Below are positions 50,099-63,700 of a DNA stretch of 64,000 bases, in pieces. The notes beneath the pieces were generated by a model. It saw only the letters and a program-made list of their open reading frames with translations. It was not told the origin of the DNA and ran no database searches. A program made the translations under genes and the position numbers. The stretch's first letter is position 1; the number at the start of each line of letters is the position of its first letter. This DNA is from Nymphaea colorata (taxonomy: Eukaryota): positions 42,284,001 to 42,348,000 of the forward strand of contig NC_045138.2 of NCBI RefSeq assembly GCF_008831285.2, in the 5' to 3' direction.

Positions 50099-52694
50099 TG
50101 CCCCACCAGATTTGAGTATTTTTAAACAAGTGCCCCTCCAGTGAATTTTTCTGGCTCCACTACTAGTGACCTTCAAGGGCTCTAGGATGAGTTAGACTAC
50201 CTAGTTGATAGGTCTGAAAGTCTGCAAACCAGAGACTGTTTGAGAGAGCAACAAAAAATCTTTCAATTGCTTAACAGTCTTAGTACATACTATGAATCAT
50301 TATGGCAATAGAGTTTGCTAACCTCATTATCTATCATTTGTTCGTTATTAATGAGTGATGAATCAAGGAAGCAAGTCATGAATCCTGCATTCCCAAAGGG
50401 AAAAAAATCTGATGACAAAGTAGCATTTGTGGATGCTGAGAGGTAGAATGAGTCCAACCGATGGAAAGGGAAAAATAAGAGAGTGTGTACTTACTGCAAA
50501 AAGGTGGGACACTCACACAAGTGATGTTGGGATCTGTATGGAAGACCGAACCGAATCTAAGAGATCACCATTTGAAAATCCAAAGAAACTTTGCCCTTGA
50601 CGAAAGTGGCCGCTAACAAATCTAAAAAAACTAATGAAGCTTTGGCTATCTTAGAAAAGATTCTATCAAGCAAGAAGTCATGGCTGCATCGGCAAGCAAC
50701 TCCACTCTATATGACTTCAAAGGTATGTTTTCTAACACTTGGGTGTTGGGCTCCGGGGTGAGTGAATACATGACTATGGATTGACATCTACTTAGGAACT
50801 ATTCTACTCATAATATTGATAAATGTGTTACTATAGTAGATGAGTCATTTATGCATGTGAGTGGTATTGGTGAAATGTCCTTTTTAAATCAGCCTACTAG
50901 CTCCAAAATTCTACACATGCTAGAATTGAATTCTAATATGTTATCTATATGAAAACTTTAAACAGAACTTAATTGTTTTGTTACTTTCTCTCCAATTGAT
51001 GTGGATATTAAAGACATTGTGATGAGGAAGATAATTGGTGAGGGAGAATTACGGTGCGACATTTATTGGCTGGACAACACAAGTAGCACACTGATCACAA
51101 GTCTAAATCTAATGTAAAGTTATGGCAGCGACGCCTTGGTCATTTGTCAAATCAAATGTTAAAAATAATAATGCCTGATTTAATTTTAATTTGCAACTGT
51201 GTGACATTTGTAAATTTGTTAAGATGTCTAACTTGTCATTTGGTACTTCAAAAAATAATTATAACACTTTTTGAGTTAGTACATTTTGATGTTTGGGGCT
51301 ATATGCATGTTAATTCTTATAGTGGATATCACTACTATGTGACGTTCATTGATGATTTCTATAAAATGACATGGTTGTGCCTGCTGAAATCTAAGAATGA
51401 AGTTTTTTCCAAGTTTTGTGATTTGTACAGGATGATTGAAACTCAATATAATGCTCACATGATGATCTTGAGAAATTGCATGGTGTTACTCACTAGTTTA
51501 CATGTGTGGATACTCCCCAATAAAACAAGGTAGCTGAGAGGAAAAATAGACATCTCCTAGAAACTACATGTTCATTATTGTTCTAAAGTAAGTAGCAAAA
51601 AGCTTTTGGAGTGATGCAGTTATGACCGCAAGTTATATTATAAACTAGGTTCCATCGAGACATTTGAATAACAAATCTCCCATGAAAATCCTTATAAATA
51701 GACCTATCAAGGAGACAGAAAACTTGTAGCTAAGCATGTCATGACAACCATTGAACCCTACATAAAATTGGATGTAGAAGAGGATGAAGCTTTGAGAGAT
51801 GTTTCTAGATATTAACAATTGGTTAGAAGACTTATTTATCTTATGGTAACACAACTTGATATTTCGTTTGTCGTTAGTCAGGTCAGTCAGTTTATACATG
51901 CCCCTAAGGATATACATATGCAAACTATTGATATAATTCTAAGACATTTGGAAGGTTCTCTAGGTAAGAGATTATGGTACAAGGCATAATGGAAACATCG
52001 ATATTAGAGGATTCACAAACACCGATTGAGCTGTCAGCACAAACAGAAAATCCACATCATGAGACTGTGTTTTCGTTGGATGAAATTTAGCAACATGGAA
52101 AAGTAAAATATAACATACAGTGTCTTGATCCAATGCAGATGTAGAGTATAGGGGATGGCTACAACAGCGCATGAACTTATTTGGGTTAAATCTCTTCTTT
52201 GTGAAATTAGATTCAAAGTTGAAAAACCAATTTCTATGCATTGTGACAATCAAGCTGCAATACATAATGCAACTAATTTGGTCTTCCACGAGTGCATTAA
52301 ACACATAGAAATAGTCTGCCACTATGTACATGAAAAAAGTCCAGCAAAAGGTTATTGCAACTCCATGTACTAGAAGCAATGATAAGCTTGTCAATGGATT
52401 AAGTAAAGGCTTGGTTCTGAAACATCTTCAAGAGCTAAAATTCAATTGGTGGTCTCTTTGATTGTTATCTTCCTATAACAATGTGTCTCTTTTCTAGTAG
52501 TTTCAACTTTATGTTGACTGTTATTTTTGGCAGTTGTCATTGAATATCATTTTTTTCACTTCTAATCGGTTGTAGAGATAATGAAATCTCTCCGTCTCCG
52601 TGTTGTTTCAATGATGGATGTAGGCCACTGATTCAGGCCGAACTGCGTTAATTTTGTGTACTTGCTCTATTTTTTCATCTCTTTTATTTCAACA
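49096..52694 (+). mobile_element. Internally deleted, decayed Ty1/copia LTR retrotransposon
   Basis: 5' LTR 49096-49391 (TG...CA), PBS TGGTATCAAAG at 49392, 3' LTR about 52452-52694 (5' end lost). Perfect TSD GTAAG (49091-49095 / 52695-52699). Gag LNGTNYLAWS, CTYCKKVGH, integrase LVHFDVWG, RNase H MHCDNQAAIH...KHIEI. Confidence 0.92.
49970..50165. mobile_element. 196-bp hAT-type MITE with central (TA)n, inserted in copia gag
   Basis: Ends CAGTGGGGTAGC / GGCTCCACTACTA. Perfect 8-bp TSD GTGACCTT (49962-49969 / 50166-50173). Confidence 0.88.
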
Positions 52695-52850
52695 GTAAGT
52701 TCCTAAATCTCAAGTTAAAAATATAAAAATAGCATTCTCTAATATGTATCTCCAAATAGGTCGACCCACTCACTTCCCTTCGTCTTTGGGACCTTTCATC
52801 TCCCTCTCGCTTTATGTTGTCATTGTAGTGTTTATCGCCATCATACTATT

Positions 52851-53266
52851 TGTCACGGGCCGACTCCTTCGGACCGTGCAGCATGGCAAACTCTCGCCAG
52901 TAAGCAGCAAACCTTTGCCTCGTTCAAGTGGGCACAGATCACTTGAACGCCTTTTCGAAAATAGAAGACACAAAATGCACAAAGAGTGTGGAAAGAAAAC
53001 TCGCAATATATTCACTTAAACAGTTGAGTACATCACAAGGGAAAGCAAGTAAGCTTTTACACTTTACTTACAAAGGATGGCCGAAACCTTTTACAGAATT
53101 CTCATACCGACCATCCAAAACAAAGAATCCCAATCTTCCACTTGGGGCCGTTTTGAGAGGGTGCTCCGACACAGGTGAACATTCGAGCTTATACTAAGAC
53201 TCAACATAAACAAAGCAAATATAACAAAAGGAAGGGACGACTATACAGACACGACACAAGGGAACA
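52851..53266 (-). repeat. 3' LTR of the gypsy element
   Basis: Ungapped match to 57893-58308, about 33 mismatches by hand count. Confidence 0.95.
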
Positions 53267-53282
53267 GGCTCCCCCTTTCAAA

Positions 53283-56200
53283 TCAAGCGTTGTCCTCAGC
53301 GGTAGCAGCTTCATGGTAGATCCTGACTTCTTCTGGATGACTTTGCTTCAAACGAAAGACATACTCCCATGTTCGCTAGCCTTCGTCTACCCACTTGACC
53401 AAGTATCGCTTCAGTTCACCAAGGTAGTTGACTTTGTGTCGAAGGATCTGGTCTAACTGTCGGTCAGTGGCCCTCCGGGTCGAAGGAGCTCGTTGCAAAA
53501 TTGGTTCTCATCGTGGCTGGCTTCTCTTCAGGTCTTCAGCGTCGGCATAGAAGGGCTTGAAGTTGCAGACGTGAAACACTGAATGCACTTTGAAGTCTAG
53601 CGGCAGATCTAACTTGTATGTCAGCTTCCCAATCCTCTTGACCACAGTAAATGGCCCTTCATATTTTCGGATCAGCGCTCTGTGTCTTCCACGGAAGATA
53701 CCCGAGCGGTCTGGATAAAACTTGATGAGAACTTGGTCTCCCACTCGAAACTCGGCAGGTCTCCGATTCTTGTCAGCCCATTTCTTCATCTTCTTGGTGA
53801 CCTTGTGCAAGAATGCCTTAGCTATCTCTGTTTGTTCCTGCCAGTCTCTGATGAACTGGTAGGTGAAGTTGGGTCTTCCCTTCTCTTGGGCTGCAACAGT
53901 GTGAGACATCAACGGCTGCTGCCCGGTGGCTACTGCGAAGGTGCTTTGAACTGAAGACTCGCTCTTCTGTAGGTTGTAACAGAATTGGGCCACATCGAGC
54001 AGCTTTACCCAGTTTTTCTCGTTGGTGCTGACAAAGTGGCGTAGGTACTGTTCTAACAAGGCATTGATGTGTTCGGTCTGGCCACCAGTCTGCGAGTGGA
54101 AGCTTGTGGAAAACAAGTCTGAGCCAAGCAACCAAAGCACTTCATGCCAAAACTTACCCGTGAAGTGAGCATCGCGATCACTCACAATACTCTTCGGCAC
54201 ATCCCAGTACTTCACAATGTTTTTCACAAACATCTCTGTCATTTTCTCCACTGGGCTCTCATTTGTAATTGGGATGAATGTGGCATACTTAGAAAACCTG
54301 TCCACAACAACAAAGATAGAGCTGTAGCCATCAACTCTGGGTAGACTCACAATGAAGTCCATGGAGAGGCTCTCCCACAGATGCTCCGGAATAGGAAGAG
54401 GCTCAAGCAGGCCGGTAGGCTTCTGATTAGTCCCCTTATCCTGCTGGCAAATGAGGCAAGTCTTTACATACGCCTCCACGTCGTTGTGCATCTAGGGCCA
54501 GTAATACCCACGTTCGAGAAGGGTCATAGTCCGCTCCTGGCCTGGATGGCCAGCCCAAAGCGTATCATGGCACTCCCTTGTTAGCTCCCACAGGAGATTG
54601 ACCCACTTCGGCACGAAAACACGTCCGCCCTTGATGAGGAGCAACCCATCTCGTAGCCAGAATCTCTGAGTCTTCCTCGCTTCAGCCAATGCAACCAAGT
54701 GTTGGGCCGCTAAGTCCTGCTGCATCCCTTCACGAACCCGCTCGAGGAGCACACCCTCCAATTGGGCTTCGGAGGTCCTCGCTCGAGAGGCTACAAGTTC
54801 TGCCTTTCGACTCAAAGCATCTGCTACCATGTTGGTCTTACCAACCTTGTACTCCAAAGAGAATTCGAACTCTGCCAAGAATTTCTGCCAAGGAGCCTGC
54901 TTCGGAGTTAACTTCTTCTGAGTCTTGAAGTAACTTGTGGCCACATTATCTGTCTTGATGATGAACTCTACCCCCAGTAGGTAGTGCTTCCATATGCGTA
55001 AGCAATGCACAATGGTGGTCATCTCCCGTTCATGCACTGTGTACCACTTCTCAGGGTCCTTCAACTTCTAGCTCTCATAGGTGATCGGATGACTGTCCTA
55101 CATTAGTACCCCACCAATGGCAAAATCTGAGCCGTATGTGTGTACTTCAAAGGGCTTTGAATGATCTAACAATCTGAGAACAGGCTCTTGTACAAGGACA
55201 CACTCAGGCCTTCAAAGGCATCTTGTGCAGACTGAGTCCAATCCAGAATCTATTCTTTTTGAGCAAGTCAGTGAGGGGCGCCGCTATCAATGAGTACCCC
55301 GTGATGAACCACCGATAGTAATTGGCTAACCCAAGAAAGAACCGCAATTCAAGCACATTTGAAGGCAGCTTCCAGTCTTGGACAACTTTCACTTTTTCCG
55401 GGTCCATTCGTAGCTGACCATCCCCTACAATATGGCCGAAGAAATAGATCTCTCGTTGGCCAAAGAGACACTTCTCCTTCTTCACATAGAGATCATTTTC
55501 TTTGAGTACCTGGAACACCATCCTCAAGTGACCAACGTGCTCCTTTAGGTCACTACTAAAGACCACAATGTCATCAAGGTTGACTACCACAAACTTGTCA
55601 AGATAGGGGTAGAATATCTTGTTCATGAGAGTCAAGAAAGTCGCAGGGGCATTCGTCAACCCGAATGGCATGACTAGGAACTCATACCAGGGGCAAGTGG
55701 TCTTTGGTTCATCACCTTCTATGATCCTGACCTACCAGTAGCCGGAACGAAGGTCCAACTTCAAAAAGATCTTCGCCTTACCCAAGTGGTCGAACAAGTC
55801 CGCAATCAAAGGCAGTGGATACTTGTTTTTCACTGTCACCTTGTTCAAAGCACGGTAATCCACATAGCGTCTCTTGGAGCCATCGTGTTTCATCTGGAAC
55901 AATACAGGGGCTCCGAATGGTGCCTTAGAGGGATGAATGATCTCTGACTCAAGTATGTCATTAAGTTGCTTCTGCAGCTCCTTCAGTTCGGCCGGTCCCA
56001 TTCTGTAGAGGACCATAGCTGGTGGCTTGGCTCTGGGAACCAAGTTGATTTCATGATCAACTTCGCGCCTGGGAGGTAGGTGCTTGGGCAGCTTGGGGGG
56101 CATCACCCCCTCGAACTGCTTCAAGACAAAGGCTAGCCCTGGGGGAATGACTCTCGACTGAGGGTCATCTTCTTGTAGATGTACAGCCACAAGGAATGTT

Positions 56201-57796
56201 TGTTTCCCATGACGCACGACCTTCTTCAGCTGCATTGCCGACAACATCGGCTGGAACTTGCTTCTGACGGAGTGGCAGTGCACTGTATGGGACTGGTCTG
56301 TACCCATCAACGTCAATGTATTGAACTTCGGCAACATCATTGCATTCTGGCCTCTAAGGAACTCCATCCCAAGAATCACCTTGAAATCGTCCAAGGGTAC
56401 TACGGAGAAGTTGGTGACTACCGTCCAGCCTTCAATCTAAACCGTTACACCCTTCGCTTCTCCAAGGATGAGTCTGACTTCAAAGTTCATCGTTTTAAGG
56501 GTCCTCTACTACGCCACAGGCTTCAATCCCACTCGCTCTGCCTCCTCTCTTGACACAAAGTTGTGCATTGCCCTGTAGTCTACCATTGCAACAGTAGACA
56601 TTCCATTCAGAGTGACGTTTGGGTACATGAGCTCCTTGTTCACCATACTGTTAGACACTAAGCGACTTTGGACAGCTTTGATCGTTTGGGCGGCACCCAT
56701 CCGTGTTTGCCCTTCTTCGGTGGCCCTCGTGGCATTGGCTTGCCTGGTAGGTCTCACACGTTTCGGGCAGACACGCGCCTGATGCTTTCCTCCACAGACC
56801 CAACAAGTCACTTCTCTTGGTGGCCCAGTGTAGTCCTTGCCAAAGAAGGGTTTTCTGGGACGACAATTCATTTCTGGTGTCTCACCATTCCTCCCTCTTA
56901 CAGTCGTGGTCGGACTGCTTCGTAGACTTGAAGGTATCAGTATAGCTTTTGCGTTGGGTATCGGCCAAGCGCTCAGTTGCCACATATGCTTGTTCCAAGG
57001 TCTTTGGATTTGATCTCTCCACGTCGGCTTGGGCCCAAGATTGGAGCCCTATGATGAACCAGTGTAGTTTGTCTTTTTCTGGCATCATAGGCACGTCCAG
57101 CATGACCTTTTGGTATGCCCTGATGTAATCTCTCAAGGCACCTGTCTGCTTCAGGTTCGCAACCAACTGATAAGCATGCCTTTCAGCATCCACGGGCATG
57201 AAGTATCCCTTCAACTGCTTGCGAAAGTCGTCGAAGGTACGAATCGTGCAGTCCCCATTCTCAATGTCCAACATTTTCCGCCTCCACCAAGCCATAGCAT
57301 CTCCCTCTAACAACATCGCTACGGTCTTGATCTTCAAGTCCTCTTCTACTACGTTCTGCAAGTTCATGTAGTAGTCAACTTGAAACAGAAAGTTGTCGAT
57401 CGCCCTGGCATCTCGGCTATCACTGTACTTCATCGGACGTTGAACGTCGACCCTACTGGACCTCTCTTGACTATTACTGGCTGAATTAGTACGTAGCAGT
57501 TTCTGGTTTGAAGCCCGAAGTCCAGCGACTTTGTCCTGTAGGATCTTCACCAAGTTAGAGAGTGATTGGTTCATGGCCACTAACTCGGCCATCTGTTCCC
57601 GCATCAACTTCATCTCCTCCTTCAATCTCTCAAAGGTTTTGGTAGCAAAGCTGAGGGCTTCCTCATGGGTGGCCACATCTGCAACCAACCAATTTACCGT
57701 CTCTTCTAGGTCTCCCTGGTCATGGGCCAGGCTTGCCTCCTTTGGGTAGGCCGGCTCCTTGCCTTTGGCACCTTGCATATTGTATTGTGATGTCAT
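53283..57796 (-). pseudogene. Gypsy gag-pol pseudogene
   Basis: Gag RDARAIDNFLFQV; knuckle CWVCGGKHQARVC; protease [35 protein letters not shown] and NLDD (YLDD mutated); RNase H NMVADALSR; integrase GHPG..CLIC, SMDFI and GPF; chromodomain YLVKW..TWE. Many stops and frameshifts. Confidence 0.93.
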
Positions 57797-57892
57797 CGCG
57801 TCCTCCTCAACAGCAGCAAGTCGGCGTGAGGCTCTACACCGACTCTCTGATTGCTTCTCCAGATTGAGCAGAATCTGGGCTCTGATACCAGC

Positions 57893-58308
57893 TGTCACAG
57901 GCCGACTCATTCGGACCTTGCGGCACGGCAAACTCTCGCTAGTAAGCCGCAAGCCTTCGCCTCATTCAAGTGGGCGCAGATCACTTGAACGCCTTTTTGA
58001 AAATAGAAGACACAAAATGCACAAAGAGTGTGGAAAGAAAACTCGCAATATATTCACTTAAATAGTTGAGTACATCATGAGAGAAAGCAAGTAAGCTTTT
58101 ACACTTTACTTACAAAGGATGGCCGAAGCCGCTTACAGAATTTTCATGCTGACCATCCAAAACAAGGAATCCCAATCTTACACTTTGGGCTGTTTTGGGA
58201 GGGTGCTCCGACACAGGTGAACATTCAAGCTTACACCAAGACTCAACATAAACAAAGCAAATATAGCAAAAGCAAAGGACGACTATACAGACACGACACA
58301 AGGGAACA
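57893..58308 (-). repeat. 5' LTR of the gypsy element
   Basis: Adjacent to the PBS and matches 52851-53266. Confidence 0.95.
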
Positions 58309-59779
58309 CTATCTATCATCGCCTTAAATCAGGACCAACTATCCGCCACAACCAAATGATTGCTCTTGCGAGGCGCAGAAAGAAAAAGACATGGTTCATC
58401 CTGTCACTGCTTTCCATGATTATTGTCCCGCATTTCATCGTTGATCGGAATCACAGTCTCCATTGATTATCCTCTACAACAGGTTGCTTGTTGTCTCGTG
58501 AAGGAGGAGGATGAAGAACATCTGCTGCATCCACTCATTCACCTTAGAATCTTGACTTGCTCATGCTAATCATTTGAGAATAGTGCTTACCCTAACCATT
58601 CGCTCTTAACATCTGCTTTGCCTCTCTGTTTTTTTGTGGAGGCGGAACCCATCGCTAAGCTTTTCTACTTTGGCCATGGCACACATTCCTCAATGGAGAG
58701 CTCTCAGAGGATGGTTTGGTTGTTTGTAACTGCAATTCATGCTATGCATGTGTTGATTGCTCGAAGTTCTTGCCTACTAGTGCGTAGACGTTGATAGCTA
58801 ATCCTTTCCCTTTCCCTTTTCCTTTTCCTTTCTCTCCTTTTTTTCCTTCCACTTCTGAATGTCATGTGACAGCGGGAATGCTTTTGAAAATAAGTCTCGC
58901 AGAAGTTTTGGATGGGGAAGTTAGAGTTCCTCGAAGTGCAATACGGGGTCGGAACATGTTATGAATAGAAAAAATACCAGAACTTACTTGCTGCTTAAAT
59001 AAAAAACCCTCTACCAAAGTAAAACCTAGAAAAAGTTTCCTCCATAAGATTATGAAAATGCCCCTTTTGTAAAACGTGGATTATTTTTTTTTAAATGCAA
59101 CTGATTTTAGGGCATTGTAAAAAGAAAATTTAATATTAAAATAAACTCAACCAGTAGTTCGACTTGTTCGTCTTCCATGCTGTAAAAGTTAAAATTTGAG
59201 TGGAACCAGTGGTCATAGATAAAAGATATTATTAGGTTGCATATTTAAAATTTTATAAATAAATTAAAACAAAAAACTGTGAATCTACTTTAGGGTAAAT
59301 ATTATTAAAAAAAACTACACCATTGGATACTTTTAGTTTTTTGGAAGTTTTCTATTTTGTTATGCAAGTTTTCTCGTCCTCAATTTGCTGTAACTTAGCA
59401 ATTGTTTTTTGTTCATTTTTTGCTTTGTACTGAACAAACTATGAGGACACGGTTACTTTTTCTAGGTTTTATCTATAAAATAGGCATGATGTTTTATGTG
59501 CGACTGAATTATGTACATCCTAGTTTGGAGATTTATTCATTTGCATTTGCTTGCACATCTGTAGTGCCCTCATTGGCCTTTGGATAGTAGGTTGATGCAT
59601 GTATCATATAGTGAGCAAGAAACTCTTGTAGTTTTTAAACATTTTTTGCATCTAAATATGAGCTTTTTTACTAAATTTTTAAATTACTCATTACATTCAT
59701 TTTGGCTTAATTAGTAGTGATGAAAAAATAGCATATTAGGAATAACAGAGCCTACCAGCATGACGTGCAGAGACGAACA

Positions 59780-60050
59780 AATAATAAAGGAGAAAAATAA
59801 ATGAAGGGACCAAAGGAGAAAAATATAGGAGAGAGCAGATGAGACTGAAGTGGAAGGAGAATAAAATAAAATAAAGATACGAAGAAATAAGGTAGAAGAA
59901 GAGGAAGAAGAAGAAACAAGGGAAGAATAGACGCAACATGGAGAAAGGAAAAGGAACATTAGAAGAAGAAAGAAAGAAATAAAACAATAAAGTAGAAGAA
60001 AGAGGAGCGCGAGGAAGATGTAGAGAGAAAAGAGAGAAAGAAAAATAAGA
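59780..60050. repeat. Purine-rich (A/G) low-complexity tract
   Basis: GAAGAA/AGAA-rich sequence that produces spurious Phe/Ser/Leu ORFs on the - strand. Confidence 0.7.
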
Positions 60051-60485
60051 CCTACCTTGAGGGCTAGGGCATAGACATGCTCCTCTCTTGCTGCCCAAGA
60101 AGTGATGAAGAGGAACGTCTTGGATCCATTTAAGTGTGAGCACTACCGTCTAGGGATAGAGCTTGTGATTAAGGGAGCTGAAAACTAGGTGCTGCCAGAA
60201 TCCATGCTTATCTTCTCTAAATTGGTGGAGATAATGATAATTGAAATAAGGTAAGCTATTGAGCAAATCTGTCTCTCAATCCTTCTCAAACACTTTCCAC
60301 ATGTGATAACAGTTTAGCAGTTGTCAATTTTGATCAATATCTTAAATTTTTCACTTTGTGAGAGCTGGATATTGTATAAAAGTTTTGATTTTGTATAATC
60401 GCAATTTTGGATAGTTTTTGTTCATAAATCTGAACTTGTGACTGCTCTCATTGTTTATTTGAAAATAACTATATATATATATATA

Positions 60486-60730
60486 TGCTGTGCCAAAAAA
60501 TCTTTTGGCAACAGCCACTCTTCTTGTCAATAGAACATGTAAGTTGTGCCTGAAAACTTGTTGGCAACGGCTCAACCCTTGCCTAATCACTTTTGGGCAC
60601 AAGACCTATGGCAAGGGTGGTCTTTAGCAATTGCTAGTGCATAGGTCATTGCCAAAAATAGTTTTGGCAATGGCCATTGAGTTATTGGCCACGGCAAGAG
60701 CCCTAGCCAATAACCATGTTTGTTGTTGTG
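60486..60730. mobile_element. Decayed non-autonomous CACTA-like element
   Basis: Repeated TTGGCAACGGC-like subterminal motifs in both orientations. The right end TTTGTTGTTGTG resembles TTTTGTTGTAGTG. TIR and TSD are degenerate. Confidence 0.45.
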
Positions 60731-63700
60731 GTTCCTGGTGTCTTTACCAAGTTAATCATGGACTAAACTAGACTTTAAATTATCTAAGGATTAAATGTCA
60801 TTCAGATCTTAAGTTCAGCAAAAAATGTGCCCTATCTTTTGGGAAAATTTTAATTTAAAATCTATGTGGATCTTAGAAAATTAGGGTTTACAAGCAGCAT
60901 TTAATTTAGAGTGACTATTTGCCCTAGATCCATGCAAATGTGGATCTAACCTAAATGATTCATGCAACTAGGAATACACATGATGAAGACCCAGACTCTA
61001 GTGGTCAAGCCTTAAGGTTTGACCCTATTTAGATACAGTTTGACCCAAAATCAATATCGGATCCAATATCCAGTTAAATTCTAATTCAATTCCTAACATA
61101 GTCTAAGGTTTCAATATCTAAATTCTCATGTGTTCGTATTCTCTATTCTTAAGATCCAAATATGATATTCAGATCCAAATTGTGATTTAGATTCAAAATC
61201 TGAGATCCAATTCCAAAAGATCAAATACTATTGTGATTGAAGTCCATCTACGAAGGTTTAAGTTGGAAACCAGGTTCTAGAGCATCCAGATCCAAGATCC
61301 AAATTTATAAATCCAAAATCTGTTGGTCTAGCTTATGACATCTAGGTTCATATTCATCCGTAAAGTCATTGATATGTGGATCGACCAAGTACAAATATCA
61401 TGGGACTCTAGGTTAACACAGGGCTAGAGGTCTATCTAGAGTTTAGGACAAAGGTTGTCATAGTTGCAGGTTCTAAGGCTGGTCTTACCTAAGATTAGAA
61501 CGAGCTCGGTTTAGGGTTTTGACCTTGATCATGCATGAACCTAGAGTTTTTCGAAATCAGACTTTGGATAAGCTTTGATTTGGAATATCATTTCGAAATA
61601 TGTTTTCTAATGTATATTTGTCTAGGGATCAGGCCAAATTTGGGATTTTATGTGCACAATACTAGTCCTATTTAGCAAATCTATAGTCAAGCAATGTGTG
61701 CAGGATTTGGGAGACAACAATGCTGGATTGAAATAAAGTGTTTATACGTGCTTAGATCCAAAGGAGTTATAACTGAAAGGAAATTATATGCATATAAAGA
61801 GCATAAAGGAAATATAACACTGAAATTAAGTACTAAAATGGGATAAAGAAGAAAATGACAAGAGAGACGGAAGCACACCTGACCTCCACACCCTAACCTA
61901 GAGACCTTTGAAATTAAAATTTATTTGAGAACATAATGCAAAGTAGCCTAGGCATAGAAATAATCTAACCTAGAGCAGAAAAGAAAATTACACTAAGCAT
62001 GTTAGGAAAACAGAAAATTACATAGAGCATGCTACTAAGAAAGGAAAGAAGGAGAAGAGAATACCTTACCTTGGGTGACCCTAGTAGACCGGCACCCTGG
62101 AAATTTATTATGTGTTGTTCAATATTTGACTTGTGAACATGAATCTCATTGTCCCATTACTGAGATGTTTAGATTTGAATTGACTTTTGTTGAAGAAGCA
62201 ATAGTTTGGCTTTCCAAGCATGTATATGTTTTGATGATTCAAGGTGATGGATCTACAAGCAAGACTAGATAGCAGCAATAAGATGTTTAACTTGAGGAAG
62301 AAGCAATGGCCTCCATACGATGCTAAAACTGGAAGGGCCCATGTTTCTTGAGCTAGGAAACCGAGGCTGTGGCCTGTGAACTACCACTGCTCAATAGCAA
62401 ACATTCTGGCCTTGACAAAACAAACCATAGAGGTGTTCACGATACAAAAGTAATGTGATATCATACAAGTGGCAACATGAATTGAGGGAATAACCTAGGC
62501 TAACTAAGCATTGATAAATATCCTATCCAAAATCCTAAGTGTACAATCAACGGGATCAGTTGACCATGTGAAAGTTGCACCATGATGTGGAAGGGATTGA
62601 AGTTGTCATTTCATTATGAAATCCTAAAAGCTCAGATTGATGAACAACTTGCCAGTGGCCTATTTGAATTTGTTGGGAAGAAGGGATAGCTGAAGTCACT
62701 AGCAATGATGTGGGGGTGTTTGCTGCAAAATTTAACTGCTTCACACGTCAATCATTCAATATTTAACTTGATTCCATTTTGACTTATGTGGGATCTCTAA
62801 GGAGAAGAGACCCGACATGTCAATATGAGGCTGAAGATTTACAATCATAGAAGCCTTCACATCTCCAGGGGAGATAGAGCTCCAGAGACAGGTCTCTACT
62901 TGACTGTTGTAACACAATTTCAGTCATGCTGGTGAGGCAATGGCACTAGAGTTTCAAGGCCAGAGCACCTTTCTTTTAATTTGTTCAAGAAATACTATAC
63001 AATTGCTTCTCAGCTATGTCACATGGGTGCGGGTGCAGACCAAATTGAAAATCACAGGTACATGAAGGTAGGATTATAAACAAACAAAGAATGTATCATT
63101 CACCATTTTAATCATGATTCATCATTCAAGACAAGTTTGATCTCAAAATTGGATACATTGTTCTAAATTTGAAGAAAGTAAATAAATACTAAGTTCTTTC
63201 ATCCAACAAATGTGTTGTCATTGATTTAGTTCATCAATATCATCGAAATTGGAAGGAATCACACACTCCATATTAGAAGTGGAACAGTGGAGCAGCTAAA
63301 TGGAATAGTGGAGCGTAAGGAGTAGGTAGGGCCGGAAGGCAGTAAGAAGTTTGAGGATTTACCTGACACCGAAAGAAGCTGCAGCACCTGCAACTGGAAT
63401 AGTGGACAACTGCCACTGGGACGGGTGCACAGCTAGAACGAAGGTCTAGAGGAGGTAGGCTACGCCACAGAGGACGAGGGAAGACGAGGGGTCAACCGGC
63501 AGAAGAGTAGGGCGTTGAGGAGGTCAATGCTGACCACATCCAGCGGACGGACACGGGCCTGACACGCTCCATCAGTCGGAGCGGCGGACTACCGTGGCCG
63601 AGTTGACACACACACATTAGTCCGTCGGATGCATCCGTGTTTCTTAGCTTCTCAGTTGCCCCTGCAAGGGTTTGGAGGGTTTCCTTATACAAGCACCTTC

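Larger units (their letters stand above)
52851..58308 (-). mobile_element. Full-length defective Ty3/gypsy chromovirus (Galadriel-like)
   Basis: 416-bp LTRs at 52851-53266 and 57893-58308, PBS TGGTATCAGAGCCC (57877-57890), PPT AAAGGGGGAGCC (53267-53278), TSD CTATT / CTATC. Domain order gag-PR-RT-RH-INT-chromodomain. Confidence 0.95.

Noticed and set aside
57797..57952. N-terminal extension of the 356-aa gag ORF
   Set aside because: It starts within the LTR and crosses the PBS. The likely gag start is the ATG at 57796 or the next in-frame ATG.
58965..59380. Possible Mutator-like MITE
   Set aside because: Only weak AT-rich inverted similarity was seen and no TSD was found.
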